Position numbers and translations under genes: made by a program
The notes under the pieces: generated by a model
What the model was told of the DNA's origin: nothing
Database searches by the model: none
What the model saw: the letters and a program-made list of their open reading frames with translations, nothing else
Shown here: piece by piece, positions 37,103-46,848 of the stretch
How positions within the stretch are numbered: position 1 is the stretch's first letter
How the letters are laid out: the number at the start of each line of letters is the position of its first letter
From: a virus
Virus record (IMG/VR): IMGVR_UViG_3300022680_000058
Location: 83,980-147,979 of that record
DNA: 64,000 nt
Direction: 5' to 3' (one strand)

Positions 37103-38431
37103 ATGAGAACTCTTCCGATCATCATCGCCATGCTCGCCCTTCTGGCGGCATGTGACGCAGGCCCAGAACGAAGAACCGATGACACAGATCCACCATTGGA
37201 TGGTGACGTCGAACAGCCAGATGGAGACGCCGACGGTGACGCCGAACCAACCGACGGTGACGGAGATGTCGACGGTGACATCGACGGTGACAGTGACGTC
37301 GATGGAGATGTCGACGGTGACGCCGATGGTGACACAGACGACTGCTCCGAAAGCATCGAACTCTGTGATGGCATCGACAACGACTGTGACGGACTCATCG
37401 ACGAAGATGAAGCATCCGACGAATGCACTGCCGGAAACATGTGTATCGACGGAGCATGTGAAACCTCACAGATTACCCACATCACAACCGGCGGGTCACA
37501 CAACTGCGCCCTGAGACACAACGGCAGAATCGCTTGCTGGGGTGGTCCTGGTCGAGCTCTCGGGTATGGCTCCGAAGAACCATCAACACAACCGGTGACA
37601 GTCGCCGAGATTTCAAACGCTGTCGAAATCTCAGCCGGTGGAATCGACGGTGGCGGTCACTCCTGCGCCATCCTTGACACCGACGAAATCTGGTGCTGGG
37701 GTGACAACGACCAAGGCCAACTCGGGACATCTTCGAGCTCCAGAACGAGCACGCCAACGCTCGCAACAAGGACCAGAGCAGAGAGCATCTCCTCGGGGTA
37801 CAAGCACAACTGTGCAATCTCAGACGGAATCCCGCTCTGCTGGGGACAGGGATTCTCCATGAGCCCGATCCCGCTCCCGACGATCTATGCAATCAGCCTC
37901 GAATCGTTCGGAAGCCTGAGCTGTGTCAACCAAGGGTCGTCAGATACAGATTGCTTCGATGGCGTCGGGTCCCCAGATTACTCCTACGACATCACAGGTA
38001 TCGACATCGCCGTCGGATCGAACCACGTCTGTGTGGCCACAGGAGCCCCCTCTTACGGCGTCGAGTGTGCTGGTGACAACACCTATGGCCAGACTTCCAC
38101 GGGTGGCTACAGCCTCCCCAGGGTCGCCGAGGTCACCGCTGGGGACAACCACTCATGTTTCCTCTCGACGAACGGGCACGTCTACTGCTGGGGAAGGAAC
38201 CACAGAGGTCAGCTTGGGATCGGAAACACCACGGACACCTCTGTTCCAACCCAAGTCTATGTCGGGTTTGACCCGCTGTCAGGGGTCATTCAGATTGACG
38301 CTGGGAACAATCACACCTGCGCCCTGACGAACATGGGCGAGGTTCTGTGCTGGGGGGACAACAGCAACGGTCAGCTCGGAAACCTTCACTCTGGTGACTA
38401 TGAGACCCTTCCGTCTCCCGTCGACCTCTAA
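37103..38431 (+). CDS. Lipoprotein with acidic DG linker, Cys/Asp metal-binding repeat and RCC1/BLIP-II repeats
   Basis: Lipobox LAAC; DGDADGD run; ELCDGIDNDCDGLIDE; repeated G..H.CA...CWG.N..GQLG. Confidence 0.9.
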   Translation: MRTLPIIIAMLALLAACDAGPERRTDDTDPPLDGDVEQPDGDADGDAEPTDGDGDVDGDIDGDSDVDGDVDGDADGDTDDCSESIELCDGIDNDCDGLIDEDEASDECTAGNMCIDGACETSQITHITTGGSHNCALRHNGRIACWGGPGRALGYGSEEPSTQPVTVAEISNAVEISAGGIDGGGHSCAILDTDEIWCWGDNDQGQLGTSSSSRTSTPTLATRTRAESISSGYKHNCAISDGIPLCWGQGFSMSPIPLPTIYAISLESFGSLSCVNQGSSDTDCFDGVGSPDYSYDITGIDIAVGSNHVCVATGAPSYGVECAGDNTYGQTSTGGYSLPRVAEVTAGDNHSCFLSTNGHVYCWGRNHRGQLGIGNTTDTSVPTQVYVGFDPLSGVIQIDAGNNHTCALTNMGEVLCWGDNSNGQLGNLHSGDYETLPSPVDL

Positions 38432-38477
38432 CCCTGTCCAAAGTTTCTTTGGGGGACTCCCCATAATCAAGGCTGGT

Positions 38478-38493
38478 GGGCAATCAATTGCCC
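38478..38493. repeat. Dispersed 16-bp palindrome copy 3
   Basis: GGGCAATCAATTGCCC. Confidence 0.85.
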
Positions 38494-39056
38494 GGTCTCT
38501 TCCTCTTCAGATGACGAGCTCTAGAGTTCCTGCTGTGCAAAGCGTCACGAACCACTTCGACATCAACAACTTCAGGCTCCCACACTTGACTCTCGACCTC
38601 GACCCTCACGATCAGAACAGGAATGAATCCGAAAACACTCGGCTCATGAACATGGAATTCCCCGTCTGTCCACCTGAGGTTGATCCCCTTTGCCTTGTTT
38701 TTCTCTCCATCGATCTTGTATCCAACGAGTTTCACACTGACGACATCAATAGCCTTGTCGCCACACCCGCCATATTCCAGACCAAACATTGTCTCCCTTT
38801 CCAGCTTCGCATTTCCAACGATGCTCTGGAAAAGGTCTTTCGCCTTTCTGATCAGGTCAAAATCATGGAATTCCCCACCTTCTCCGTCTCCGACTAGACG
38901 AACCTCAGAGACATCTTGTGGGTAGTCCGTCATCGCCACAAGTCCATGATCCAACTCGATCCTGTCGAAGTGGAACCCATTCTCACAGAGCCACGCTTCA
39001 ACCTCCGGGATCGAGAACATCAAATCAATCGTCTGGCAGTTTTTCACCGCAAACAT
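38484..39056 (-). CDS. Hypothetical protein (paralog of 39108..39515)
   Basis: IDLMFSIPEVEAWLCENGFHFDRIEL vs LDLEFSRDEIHSHLMECGIKFDEVEL. Confidence 0.6.
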   Translation of the reverse strand: MFAVKNCQTIDLMFSIPEVEAWLCENGFHFDRIELDHGLVAMTDYPQDVSEVRLVGDGEGGEFHDFDLIRKAKDLFQSIVGNAKLERETMFGLEYGGCGDKAIDVVSVKLVGYKIDGEKNKAKGINLRWTDGEFHVHEPSVFGFIPVLIVRVEVESQVWEPEVVDVEVVRDALHSRNSRARHLKRKRPGN

Positions 39057-39107
39057 ACTCCTGCTCCTTTCGCCCGAATCAAGGGCAACTACTCCTACTC
39101 AATCACG

Positions 39108-39515
39108 TCAACGGTCTAGGACTGAGAATGCCTCTGGGGCTATACCGCCGAGCACTCCGAACTCGACCGAGACAAACACATCTGCTCGACCTTTTACACG
39201 ACGAACGCCGACCACGGAAAATGTATCACCGAATGAATCCCCTGGCTCACCTATCGACTCGAACTCACCAGGGTTTGACTTGATGACATCGGCGAAGAAC
39301 ATGGCGGCATCAATCCTCGTCTCAACAACGAACATCTCTGCAAGCCCATGGGCTTTCCGAAGAAGGAGGCCATCAATCGCGATATCCCAACCCTTCTCTG
39401 CCACAGGGTAGAGCTCCACTTCGTCAAATTTGATACCACACTCCATCAGATGAGAATGAATCTCGTCCCTGCTGAACTCCAAGTCCAGCCGTTTTCCAAT
39501 GTTGCGAACATGCAT
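39108..39515 (-). CDS. Hypothetical protein (paralog of 38484..39056)
   Basis: Shared N-terminal motif. Confidence 0.6.
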   Translation of the reverse strand: MHVRNIGKRLDLEFSRDEIHSHLMECGIKFDEVELYPVAEKGWDIAIDGLLLRKAHGLAEMFVVETRIDAAMFFADVIKSNPGEFESIGEPGDSFGDTFSVVGVRRVKGRADVFVSVEFGVLGGIAPEAFSVLDR

Positions 39516-39538
39516 TGATCAAACCCCTTCCCACCCCA

Positions 39539-40150
39539 TCAGTTCCGATACGGACTCGATGTCTCTGGAGGGGCGAACTCTTTTGGTTCCTCCCACCCAG
39601 CAACGTGATGACAATTCGGACAGATGATGGCGCAATACGGCCTCGGTTTCCATAGATTCCACCATGGGCGCCTCACCCTCTGACTCATACCCCTAACGAG
39701 TGGCGTGTGTGGATCGCTGTCCTCACCTGGATGGAGTTCGAACCCACAAAATGGACACGTCCCGAACGGAAGCTCTTGGCCCCTCAAACGATCGCATTCA
39801 TCAGGCATAGAAAATGGCGATACGAGCTCTATACTGGCCACATCGCCCCAGCCCGTTTGGACGGTGACAGGCCTTGTATGAGTCGCCTTTTTGAGTGTTT
39901 TGAGGAACGAGAGGATATTAGGGACACGACCAGTCCTCACAATACTGGACCTATCAAACAGCATCCCCTGTGGGTTCAGGTTCAGTTTGATCGAAACCTC
40001 TGGCGCCTTCTCTCTGAGCTCTATCAACCTGTTGTGATCTTGGATGCCTTTCACAACATGAGGGACCTCTCGGTCCATCCTCTCAATCATCTCGCTGATA
40101 ACGCCTCTCGCCCTGAAAATCTCATCAGGAGACATCATCTTGTGGCTCAT
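39539..40150 (-). CDS. Hypothetical protein with C-terminal zinc ribbon
   Basis: CPFCG...CPNCH. Confidence 0.6.
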   Translation of the reverse strand: MSHKMMSPDEIFRARGVISEMIERMDREVPHVVKGIQDHNRLIELREKAPEVSIKLNLNPQGMLFDRSSIVRTGRVPNILSFLKTLKKATHTRPVTVQTGWGDVASIELVSPFSMPDECDRLRGQELPFGTCPFCGFELHPGEDSDPHTPLVRGMSQRVRRPWWNLWKPRPYCAIICPNCHHVAGWEEPKEFAPPETSSPYRN

Positions 40151-40419
40151 GATACCGCCACACACGAAATGGGGGTAAACGTCCACACAGCCACGGGTCC
40201 ATCAGAACAGCCCATCCTTCCCATCATGGCAGAAATCACTAGGAACCTCCAACACTCTCATCGCTGAATGCTGTGTCCAATCCATCTGTCAATGTGGTCT
40301 GTAGACCGCACCACCGCATCGAATCACAATCCTTCCACAATGATAGTGCGTCTAAACTGCTCTGGAGGGTGCCAACCACATCGCCAAGATGGCGACGAAA
40401 TAGGACAAGTCAATGCCGG

Positions 40420-41061
40420 TTATGGAGAAAGGATTTCGATAGCCTTGTCGAGGTCTGCTCGGACCATGCCATTCTCCGTCACCGGCTGGACATGCCGACC
40501 CCTAATGACATTCAGACTCACGCGGTCCGGAAGGACTCCTTCGCTTACACCGTATGGCCAAAGTTTCTTGTCATCGATGACCACGAAACCCTTGACCCAC
40601 CGATTCCTGACCAGCCACCGATGAATTTCAGAAATCCTCGGAAGCGTTGTGTGCTCTGTCGCCCCAATCACCCACCCCTCGAAACCCTTCTCTCGAAGAA
40701 CGTTTTCCATGAACCTCGGACGGCCGTTGAGACGCCACCTCGATATCATCACAAACCCGAGTGCCTCATCCATGTACACCTCCGCAACACGCCTTGCGAG
40801 CTCATTGAGGAGCTTCACAGGTTCTGGGTCGACATGTTCTGCCCACCACTCCGCAGAGCCGTAGTGAGCTGCCTCAAGCTCCTCCTGTGGGTCTCTGGCA
40901 AGAATCTCACCGTCTGGATAGAGCTCGTCAAAAAATGCCTTCGAGTTCAGCACCCCATCAACGTCCAGAAAACAGATGTAACGAACATGACGAAAGTCTC
41001 TTTGAGGGGAATCCTCCTGTATGATGCAAGGAACCTGAGACGGCATGTCAACCACACCCAT
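40420..41061 (-). CDS. HAD-superfamily (Swiss-army-knife RNA-repair type) phosphatase domain
   Basis: FLDVDGVLN, ISRWR, EIHRWL, FVVIDD. Confidence 0.8.
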   Translation of the reverse strand: MGVVDMPSQVPCIIQEDSPQRDFRHVRYICFLDVDGVLNSKAFFDELYPDGEILARDPQEELEAAHYGSAEWWAEHVDPEPVKLLNELARRVAEVYMDEALGFVMISRWRLNGRPRFMENVLREKGFEGWVIGATEHTTLPRISEIHRWLVRNRWVKGFVVIDDKKLWPYGVSEGVLPDRVSLNVIRGRHVQPVTENGMVRADLDKAIEILSP

Positions 41062-41479
41062 TCATATCATCGGGGACAGAGACCCACACCGGAGAGACCG
41101 TCAAAAACTTGCAGGGAAGGTTCTCGAAGTTGATCTTCGACTCTGCGATCCACCCTCTAACGAACGTGTGCCCACTCCTGCACTGTTCCGGCTCTGGTGG
41201 ATACTCCAGCACTTCGAGCCAATCGAAGACCATCGAGATCAGAGTCTTCGTACTCGCCCTACACGGGAAAACTGTCAAACAGTCAGACTTCAATATCGAA
41301 TCAGGATCGCCAGCATAGAACCTGATCGAGTTCCCCCTTGTATCGACAGCCGTCGCACTGAACTCCCTAAGGTCAGACGGCCACCTATCTCCCCATGGCC
41401 TTCTCGATACGAGATCGACAACCCGCTCGAAATCATGCTTCCCATGCGAGCGAACCTCCACATAACTTTCATCAATCAT
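41048..41479 (-). CDS. Hypothetical protein (paralog of 42784..43161)
   Basis: FPC...WL...EYPP.P...GW...TVSP.W shared. Confidence 0.6.
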   Translation of the reverse strand: MIDESYVEVRSHGKHDFERVVDLVSRRPWGDRWPSDLREFSATAVDTRGNSIRFYAGDPDSILKSDCLTVFPCRASTKTLISMVFDWLEVLEYPPEPEQCRSGHTFVRGWIAESKINFENLPCKFLTVSPVWVSVPDDMNGCG

Positions 41480-41531
41480 CTTTTGCTCCTTCTCCTTGTC
41501 AGCCGTGTTCTCGTCGCGTATCGACCATCAC

Positions 41532-42563
41532 TCAATCAACATCTCTCTCATCAGGTGGAAACGCACCAGGAGGGTTCTGAGCTGCCAGAAACGCAAATTG
41601 AGACAGGTCTGGGTTATCCCCATTGGTCTCCGAAATGTGAATCAAAGACCTCCTGAGGTGTTCAATTGTCTCCTTTTGCTCCTGAGGCACTCTGAACATA
41701 CTCATACTCTCGGCATATTTGAGTGCGTCAGAGAGCTTTTTGTCCGCCATTTCGATCTGGTCAGGAACCACATGCCCATAGACCTCAGACTCCTCGTCGT
41801 TTCTAAGAGCAAGAATCGCCTGACGAATACTCCAAATCACACGATCGAAGACCAATTTCTCCCTCTCGATTCGGGACTCTTCCATCGCCTCAGAAAAGCT
41901 CTTACCACCAGGGACGTGGATACGCCCGTCATTGTCACACGTAGCCACGACAGGTATTGACGTCTTAGGGAAAGGTGCTCCAGAGACACCTGGAAGGGTG
42001 TCACCAGACGAAAGATGAATATCCGATGACGACGTATTGGTGATTGTCAGACGAGGGTCTCTTATATCTCCCTTATCGACCCAGATGATACCATCCTCGG
42101 TGATCCTGCAAATGTTCTGTCCAAGCCACTGCCAAAGCTGCGGAATGTTCTCCACCATGGCTGTCGCCCACAAATGAACAGGACTCCTCTCGCCCTTTCT
42201 AGGACTCCCCACCACAACAGAAGGAACACCACGACCCAAGGCATAGGCCCAGTCAGCCGTAGCATCGACTCCACAAGGCAAGAACATGATCACGAGATCC
42301 GCCGTATCGAGGTGCCTCTTGTTCTCCTCGACGTCAGCTCTCCAATCCGGACGGTCCAGATACGTCCCATAGATGTGACGATCCGGATTGAACTCCTCTG
42401 GGAACTTTTCCGGTGCGAGCTCCGGAGCGGTCCGACAGCTCGGGTCCGTGAAGTCATAGGGCTCGAACCCATCCTCCCTCAACATCTCGGCGAGAGCTCG
42501 GACCTGCTCACGATTCTTCCACGACGACGCGATATAGACCTCTGGCTTTCCGTTTTTCATCAT
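41532..42563 (-). CDS. Nucleoside 2-deoxyribosyltransferase-like domain protein
   Basis: VYIASSWKN...YDFT...ADLVIMFLPCG...AYALG. Confidence 0.7.
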   Translation of the reverse strand: MMKNGKPEVYIASSWKNREQVRALAEMLREDGFEPYDFTDPSCRTAPELAPEKFPEEFNPDRHIYGTYLDRPDWRADVEENKRHLDTADLVIMFLPCGVDATADWAYALGRGVPSVVVGSPRKGERSPVHLWATAMVENIPQLWQWLGQNICRITEDGIIWVDKGDIRDPRLTITNTSSSDIHLSSGDTLPGVSGAPFPKTSIPVVATCDNDGRIHVPGGKSFSEAMEESRIEREKLVFDRVIWSIRQAILALRNDEESEVYGHVVPDQIEMADKKLSDALKYAESMSMFRVPQEQKETIEHLRRSLIHISETNGDNPDLSQFAFLAAQNPPGAFPPDERDVD

Positions 42564-42783
42564 AACCTCACACGTATCGCACTTTCGATACGTAGCCCTC
42601 ATAGCCCTCGAATACGACGAACCTGATATCCTCGCCGCCCTCGACCACGATCATGTCCCACATGTACGGGTGGTGACAGCTCGGGCACTCGCCCTCGTTA
42701 CCACAAATCGGATTGGCCTCGGGCGGATCGAATTCATGCCCACACTTCGGGCACTCGGTTTCCTTAGAGCCCATAACAAGACC

Positions 42784-43161
42784 TCACTTGTGGTGCATCG
42801 CCCACTCAGGCGAAACCGTCATGAATGCGGAACTCCAGCCGTCAGCCTCCTCAGCAATTAGATGCCACCCCTTGGTGCAATGGCCATCAATTCCCGGATC
42901 TGGTGGGTATTCCACCGAATCGAGCCATTCCACAATCACCGACACAAGAGCTTCACCCTTGATTTCACAAGGGAAGGGTGTGATATTCTTCTCTTTTGCT
43001 CTCGCCTCGTCATAGTGCCAATAGAAGATGAGAAGCGGCTTCTTTTTTCCATCGATGAGTGTTGATTGAGCATACGCCACAGCACCTTTGTCAATAAGCT
43101 TCATCGCCATATAAAGGTGCTCACGTCCCCTTGAAACAATCTCCACCTTGAAGTTGTCCAT
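42784..43161 (-). CDS. Hypothetical protein (paralog of 41048..41479)
   Basis: EWLDSVEYPPDPGIDGHCTKGW. Confidence 0.65.
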   Translation of the reverse strand: MDNFKVEIVSRGREHLYMAMKLIDKGAVAYAQSTLIDGKKKPLLIFYWHYDEARAKEKNITPFPCEIKGEALVSVIVEWLDSVEYPPDPGIDGHCTKGWHLIAEEADGWSSAFMTVSPEWAMHHK

Positions 43162-43167
43162 CTACTT

Positions 43168-43476
43168 CTACTCCTTCGCTTTCTTCATACTCTCCATGAC
43201 TTCCGCCCGAGGATCAGGATCGTCGCCTTTCGACATTCGGTCTGAAAGCATCCCTCGTGTGGACCAGTTACGACCACACCGGAAATCCACCTTCTTCACA
43301 ACCTCGACGCTCCATTTGTGAGAGGTCATCATGGTCATGTCGAGGTTGACAATCCCACAGACCCTGATGATGTAGTTATCGAGAGAGAGTCTCCCATCGT
43401 CATACTCATGAGCAACATCTCTGATCTTGTCGAGCTCCTCACGAGTCACATATAGCTTTCTCGGGGACAAGAACAT
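43168..43476 (-). CDS. Hypothetical protein
   Basis: ORF in tight operon. Confidence 0.55.
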   Translation of the reverse strand: MFLSPRKLYVTREELDKIRDVAHEYDDGRLSLDNYIIRVCGIVNLDMTMMTSHKWSVEVVKKVDFRCGRNWSTRGMLSDRMSKGDDPDPRAEVMESMKKAKE

Positions 43477-43479
43477 CGA

Positions 43480-44769
43480 CTACTCCTCCAACGGCTCGTC
43501 TCCATGTGATTGTTGAACGTCTCTGAGGTAGCAGATCGCAACGGACGTAATGGTCATCCCGCTTTCGATGACATTGACCTCGTCTTTGGACTCCGAAGGA
43601 TTCCCATACGCCACACATGCCCCGGCAAGGGCGAGCTCCACAGACCGCGTCGGGCCGGAAGCACTCGCCAACAATCCATGGTATATCGGTGGGTTGAATA
43701 AAGCGTGAGGCATCGTCTCGACAGTCACCCTCACGACACCATTATCGTCAATGTCGATCTCCTTGAGCTCTCCAATGACGTCACGAATCTTCGGATCGAC
43801 CACACACTTGTAGACCGTCACCGGAATGAACGAATTCCCCTTCGCTCGCTTGACCGCTTCTTCGAGAGCCCCCTTGGTGTAGACGACATTGTTGGTGTTC
43901 GGAACGCCAGCCTTATACAGAATCCCCGAGACTGTGAATGTATCTTCGCCAGGCTTCTCTTCGTCCCGATTCCAGGTGACCTCTGCCACACGACTTGGCA
44001 TCAATCGCTCTTGGACAGCGGCCTGATCATTTTTGACCCATTTGTACCAAGTATCGTCAACAATCTCTGTCATCTGATTGGCTGAGATAATCTCATCCAA
44101 AGTCAAAACACTCGGCTGCACCTCCTCCAAAGGGTTGTGCTGAGCAGCCATGAGTTCATCGAACCCACAACTACAATGCTTCGCGGCCTCACTCCCAGGA
44201 AACATCCCCCTGGTACAGGTCAACGAGTGCCCCCGCTCTTGAACCCACTTCCGGAGCCTCACAACCTCATCCTGGTACGGCAAGAGAGCTTTGGTCATCT
44301 CGCCCTGAAACTGAAGGTCATCACTGATTCGTTTGTTTTGGGCCTTGAGAAGACGAATCTCACCCCTCATCGCGTCGATATCAGACCGCAACATTGCAGT
44401 ATTACTCGTCGACAAACCTTTTTGTGCTTTCACACCAAAGGCCTCTTCGAGCAATGGCTTGACCTCTGTGACGTCAGATATCACTCTATGATTCTCTGAA
44501 GCACTCCTCCAAGGCATCGGCCTGTCGAACTCTTCGGGGTGTGCCTTCACCCAATCAGGAAGGCCAGGGACGAGCTCAATAGTCGACTCGATCGAACCCT
44601 CGACGAGACATTTTCTATACTCCGGGTCATGGAGAGCATGAGCCGTCGTGGCGACAACACAACAGATCATGTTGCCGCCGCGTGTCTTATTCTCCACCTG
44701 CTCGACGAACCACCCCACATCAGGATGGTCGGAGGTCTTGAGCAGCTCGATAACGTGTTCTCTCTTCAT
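43480..44769 (-). CDS. Multidomain protein with C-terminal degenerate T4 gp21-like prohead protease domain
   Basis: GILYKAGVPNTNNVVYTKGALEEAVK...VDP resembles gp21 N-terminal motif; no GELxHP or GVSSRG. Confidence 0.55.
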   Translation of the reverse strand: MKREHVIELLKTSDHPDVGWFVEQVENKTRGGNMICCVVATTAHALHDPEYRKCLVEGSIESTIELVPGLPDWVKAHPEEFDRPMPWRSASENHRVISDVTEVKPLLEEAFGVKAQKGLSTSNTAMLRSDIDAMRGEIRLLKAQNKRISDDLQFQGEMTKALLPYQDEVVRLRKWVQERGHSLTCTRGMFPGSEAAKHCSCGFDELMAAQHNPLEEVQPSVLTLDEIISANQMTEIVDDTWYKWVKNDQAAVQERLMPSRVAEVTWNRDEEKPGEDTFTVSGILYKAGVPNTNNVVYTKGALEEAVKRAKGNSFIPVTVYKCVVDPKIRDVIGELKEIDIDDNGVVRVTVETMPHALFNPPIYHGLLASASGPTRSVELALAGACVAYGNPSESKDEVNVIESGMTITSVAICYLRDVQQSHGDEPLEE

Positions 44770-45072
44770 TGTCTTCTTTCTCCTCGCCGACGATGGAACC
44801 TGAAGAACGATCTCAGGACTGCATAGACAGAACTACTCTTCTGATGCTCTGCCAAGAAAATCCCCTCGTCCAAGATGGCATTCACGAGCTCAGATATGAC
44901 ATCATGATCTTGACGACCTCGACCTCGACGCCCTTTCCAGCTCTCATCGCCGGATGGTCCAAGAAGAATGTGACCTTCACCTCGTACCCATCGAACAAAT
45001 CAATCATCACGACCTGTTCCCCCTTTCGTCGTACCCGTCATATGCGTCGATCTCACAACTACAGCCCAGCAT
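44766..45072 (-). pseudogene. Probable doubly frameshifted ORF
   Basis: ATG follows upstream stop and last fragment ends ATGA-coupled to next gene; three fragments join by adding one base at two short G/C runs. Confidence 0.35.
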
Positions 45073-45073
45073 C

Positions 45074-45340
45074 TCACTCATCCTCCGCGTCGAGGAAGAA
45101 CCACGCCACCTTCCGATTCATGACCCTCGCAGCCTGTACGAGCGTCCGAATCGAGACCGCCGCCTCTCCGGGCCACTCGAACATGAGGCGCCGCATCTGC
45201 CCTTCTTTGATTCCAGAACGGCTCATGAAGTCCTCACGAGTCACACCTTCTTTGGTCATCCACCGCGAGACCTTCTTCGCGATCCGCGTCCGATGAGCCT
45301 TCTCAAGACTTTTCGCTTCCCTCTGTGTAATCATCGCCAT
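45074..45340 (-). CDS. XRE-like HTH regulator
   Basis: GVTREDFMSRSGI...SIRTLVQAARVMN..VAWFF. Confidence 0.7.
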   Translation of the reverse strand: MAMITQREAKSLEKAHRTRIAKKVSRWMTKEGVTREDFMSRSGIKEGQMRRLMFEWPGEAAVSIRTLVQAARVMNRKVAWFFLDAEDE

Positions 45341-45355
45341 GGTCTTGTTCTCCTC

Positions 45356-46006
45356 TCAGAGTGAGCCCTTCACAATCCACCGGTCGTTATCCCCTCGGTG
45401 CTCATGTACGATCTTCCATGCACCTCCAGCGGAGAGGTCTCCGAGGTAAGCGCCATCCTCGTTATAGAGCGCCTTTTTACCGGCATGCTTCCCCGGTTCC
45501 CTGCAAACCCCGAGACTGTCCAGTGCCTCGTTCAGCGTCTCTCTCCCCTCAGAATCAGGCATGTCGCAGAGACCTTTTCACAATCTTCCGGAGCTCTTCG
45601 ATTGGTTCTCCGAATTCTTTCTCGATTGACCTTCTGAAGTAGACATCATTCCAACAGTGATTGTTTGGAGTGTTGTAAGGCGGCTTCCCGTCAAGCAACA
45701 TCAAATTTCTTTTCAACTTCGCGATATCCATCGTTGTCACTCCATCTGTCCTACAGGACCAATGACGCGGCGATGGTAAATCCCGCCTCCAACTTTGGTT
45801 CCATCACTCTTGTAAAGAGACCCGTTGTCCATCCTAAGCTTGCCGCCTTTTGTAATTTTGACGATCGTACTCTCGTAGATCATCCGGATATCATGACGAA
45901 CATCCTCGTAAACTCCAACAACATCACCGACCTTCAGCTTGGACGCCCACTCAGCCCTCTCAGCATTAGTCATCTCACACCTCAAACCCGACATTTCCTT
46001 TGCCAC
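45356..46006 (-). other. Three small coupled hypothetical ORFs (45356..45562, 45555..45740, 45737..46006)
   Basis: Overlapping stop/start codons. Confidence 0.55.
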
Positions 46007-46082
46007 TTACCGACATGTTGCAGTCGATCAGGACAATGTTCGGGCGATCAGTATCCAATGGTCCATCAGCTATGATGAGACA

Positions 46083-46754
46083 TTAGAAATCCCAATTCAT
46101 CGACCCGTTAGGACTCATGGGGTCAAAAATCTCTCCTGGGCCAAACCCACCACCATGACCCACCACGCTCGAAGACCCTGCCGACGGGCTCTTCGTTACA
46201 CCACTCAGTGTCTTGGTCCGAGTTCCTATCGACACACCTCTCGGCGTCACAGTCAGGTTTGAAAACCTTTCTTTGATTCCCGGTCGACCGAAAGCATCGC
46301 TCATCACAAGCCTATGAACATCCATGGGCTCCAACTCTAGATCCCCACCCATCTCCACCGCCTCGAACCCAAGCCAGTACACATACCTAACGAGGTCTCG
46401 AATCGCATTGACGACAATCATGGAAAAAACTTCGATCAACGACACAGAAGTCACAGACGCCCTGATCATCTCTTCAACACAGTCCCCAACACAGCGCCCC
46501 GGCTCTGTCTTTGGCGAGCCATGCTCCTTGACCTCGAAATCAAGCCATCCATCAAGACCCTTTTCGAGATCATCATTTGAAATGACAGGAACCGCATCAG
46601 GGTGACTTCTCGCCAGCTTGTAACCCATGGAATAGACTTCGGAGACCAAACAATCGATCGCCTTCCTGTACTCCCTGGCCCGCCTCGGCATGTCCCTTGA
46701 AGCAGCCCTGCAAGACTCCTCAAGCCTAACCCGCGCCTCAGTAACACTCGTCAA
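46083..46754 (-). CDS. Hypothetical protein
   Basis: ORF with TTG start and promoter upstream. Confidence 0.55.
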   Translation of the reverse strand: MTSVTEARVRLEESCRAASRDMPRRAREYRKAIDCLVSEVYSMGYKLARSHPDAVPVISNDDLEKGLDGWLDFEVKEHGSPKTEPGRCVGDCVEEMIRASVTSVSLIEVFSMIVVNAIRDLVRYVYWLGFEAVEMGGDLELEPMDVHRLVMSDAFGRPGIKERFSNLTVTPRGVSIGTRTKTLSGVTKSPSAGSSSVVGHGGGFGPGEIFDPMSPNGSMNWDF

Positions 46755-46848
46755 AACTGATCTCCAATCTATTCAGCCATCTTATACACTGAGTTCGGCT
46801 TGTCAATCTCTTCGGAGGCCATTAATCCAGCCAATCCTATCCTGAAAT

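Noticed and set aside
37190-37345. GACGGTGAC-type DNA repeat
   Set aside because: Explained by the Asp-Gly linker of the RCC1 lipoprotein.
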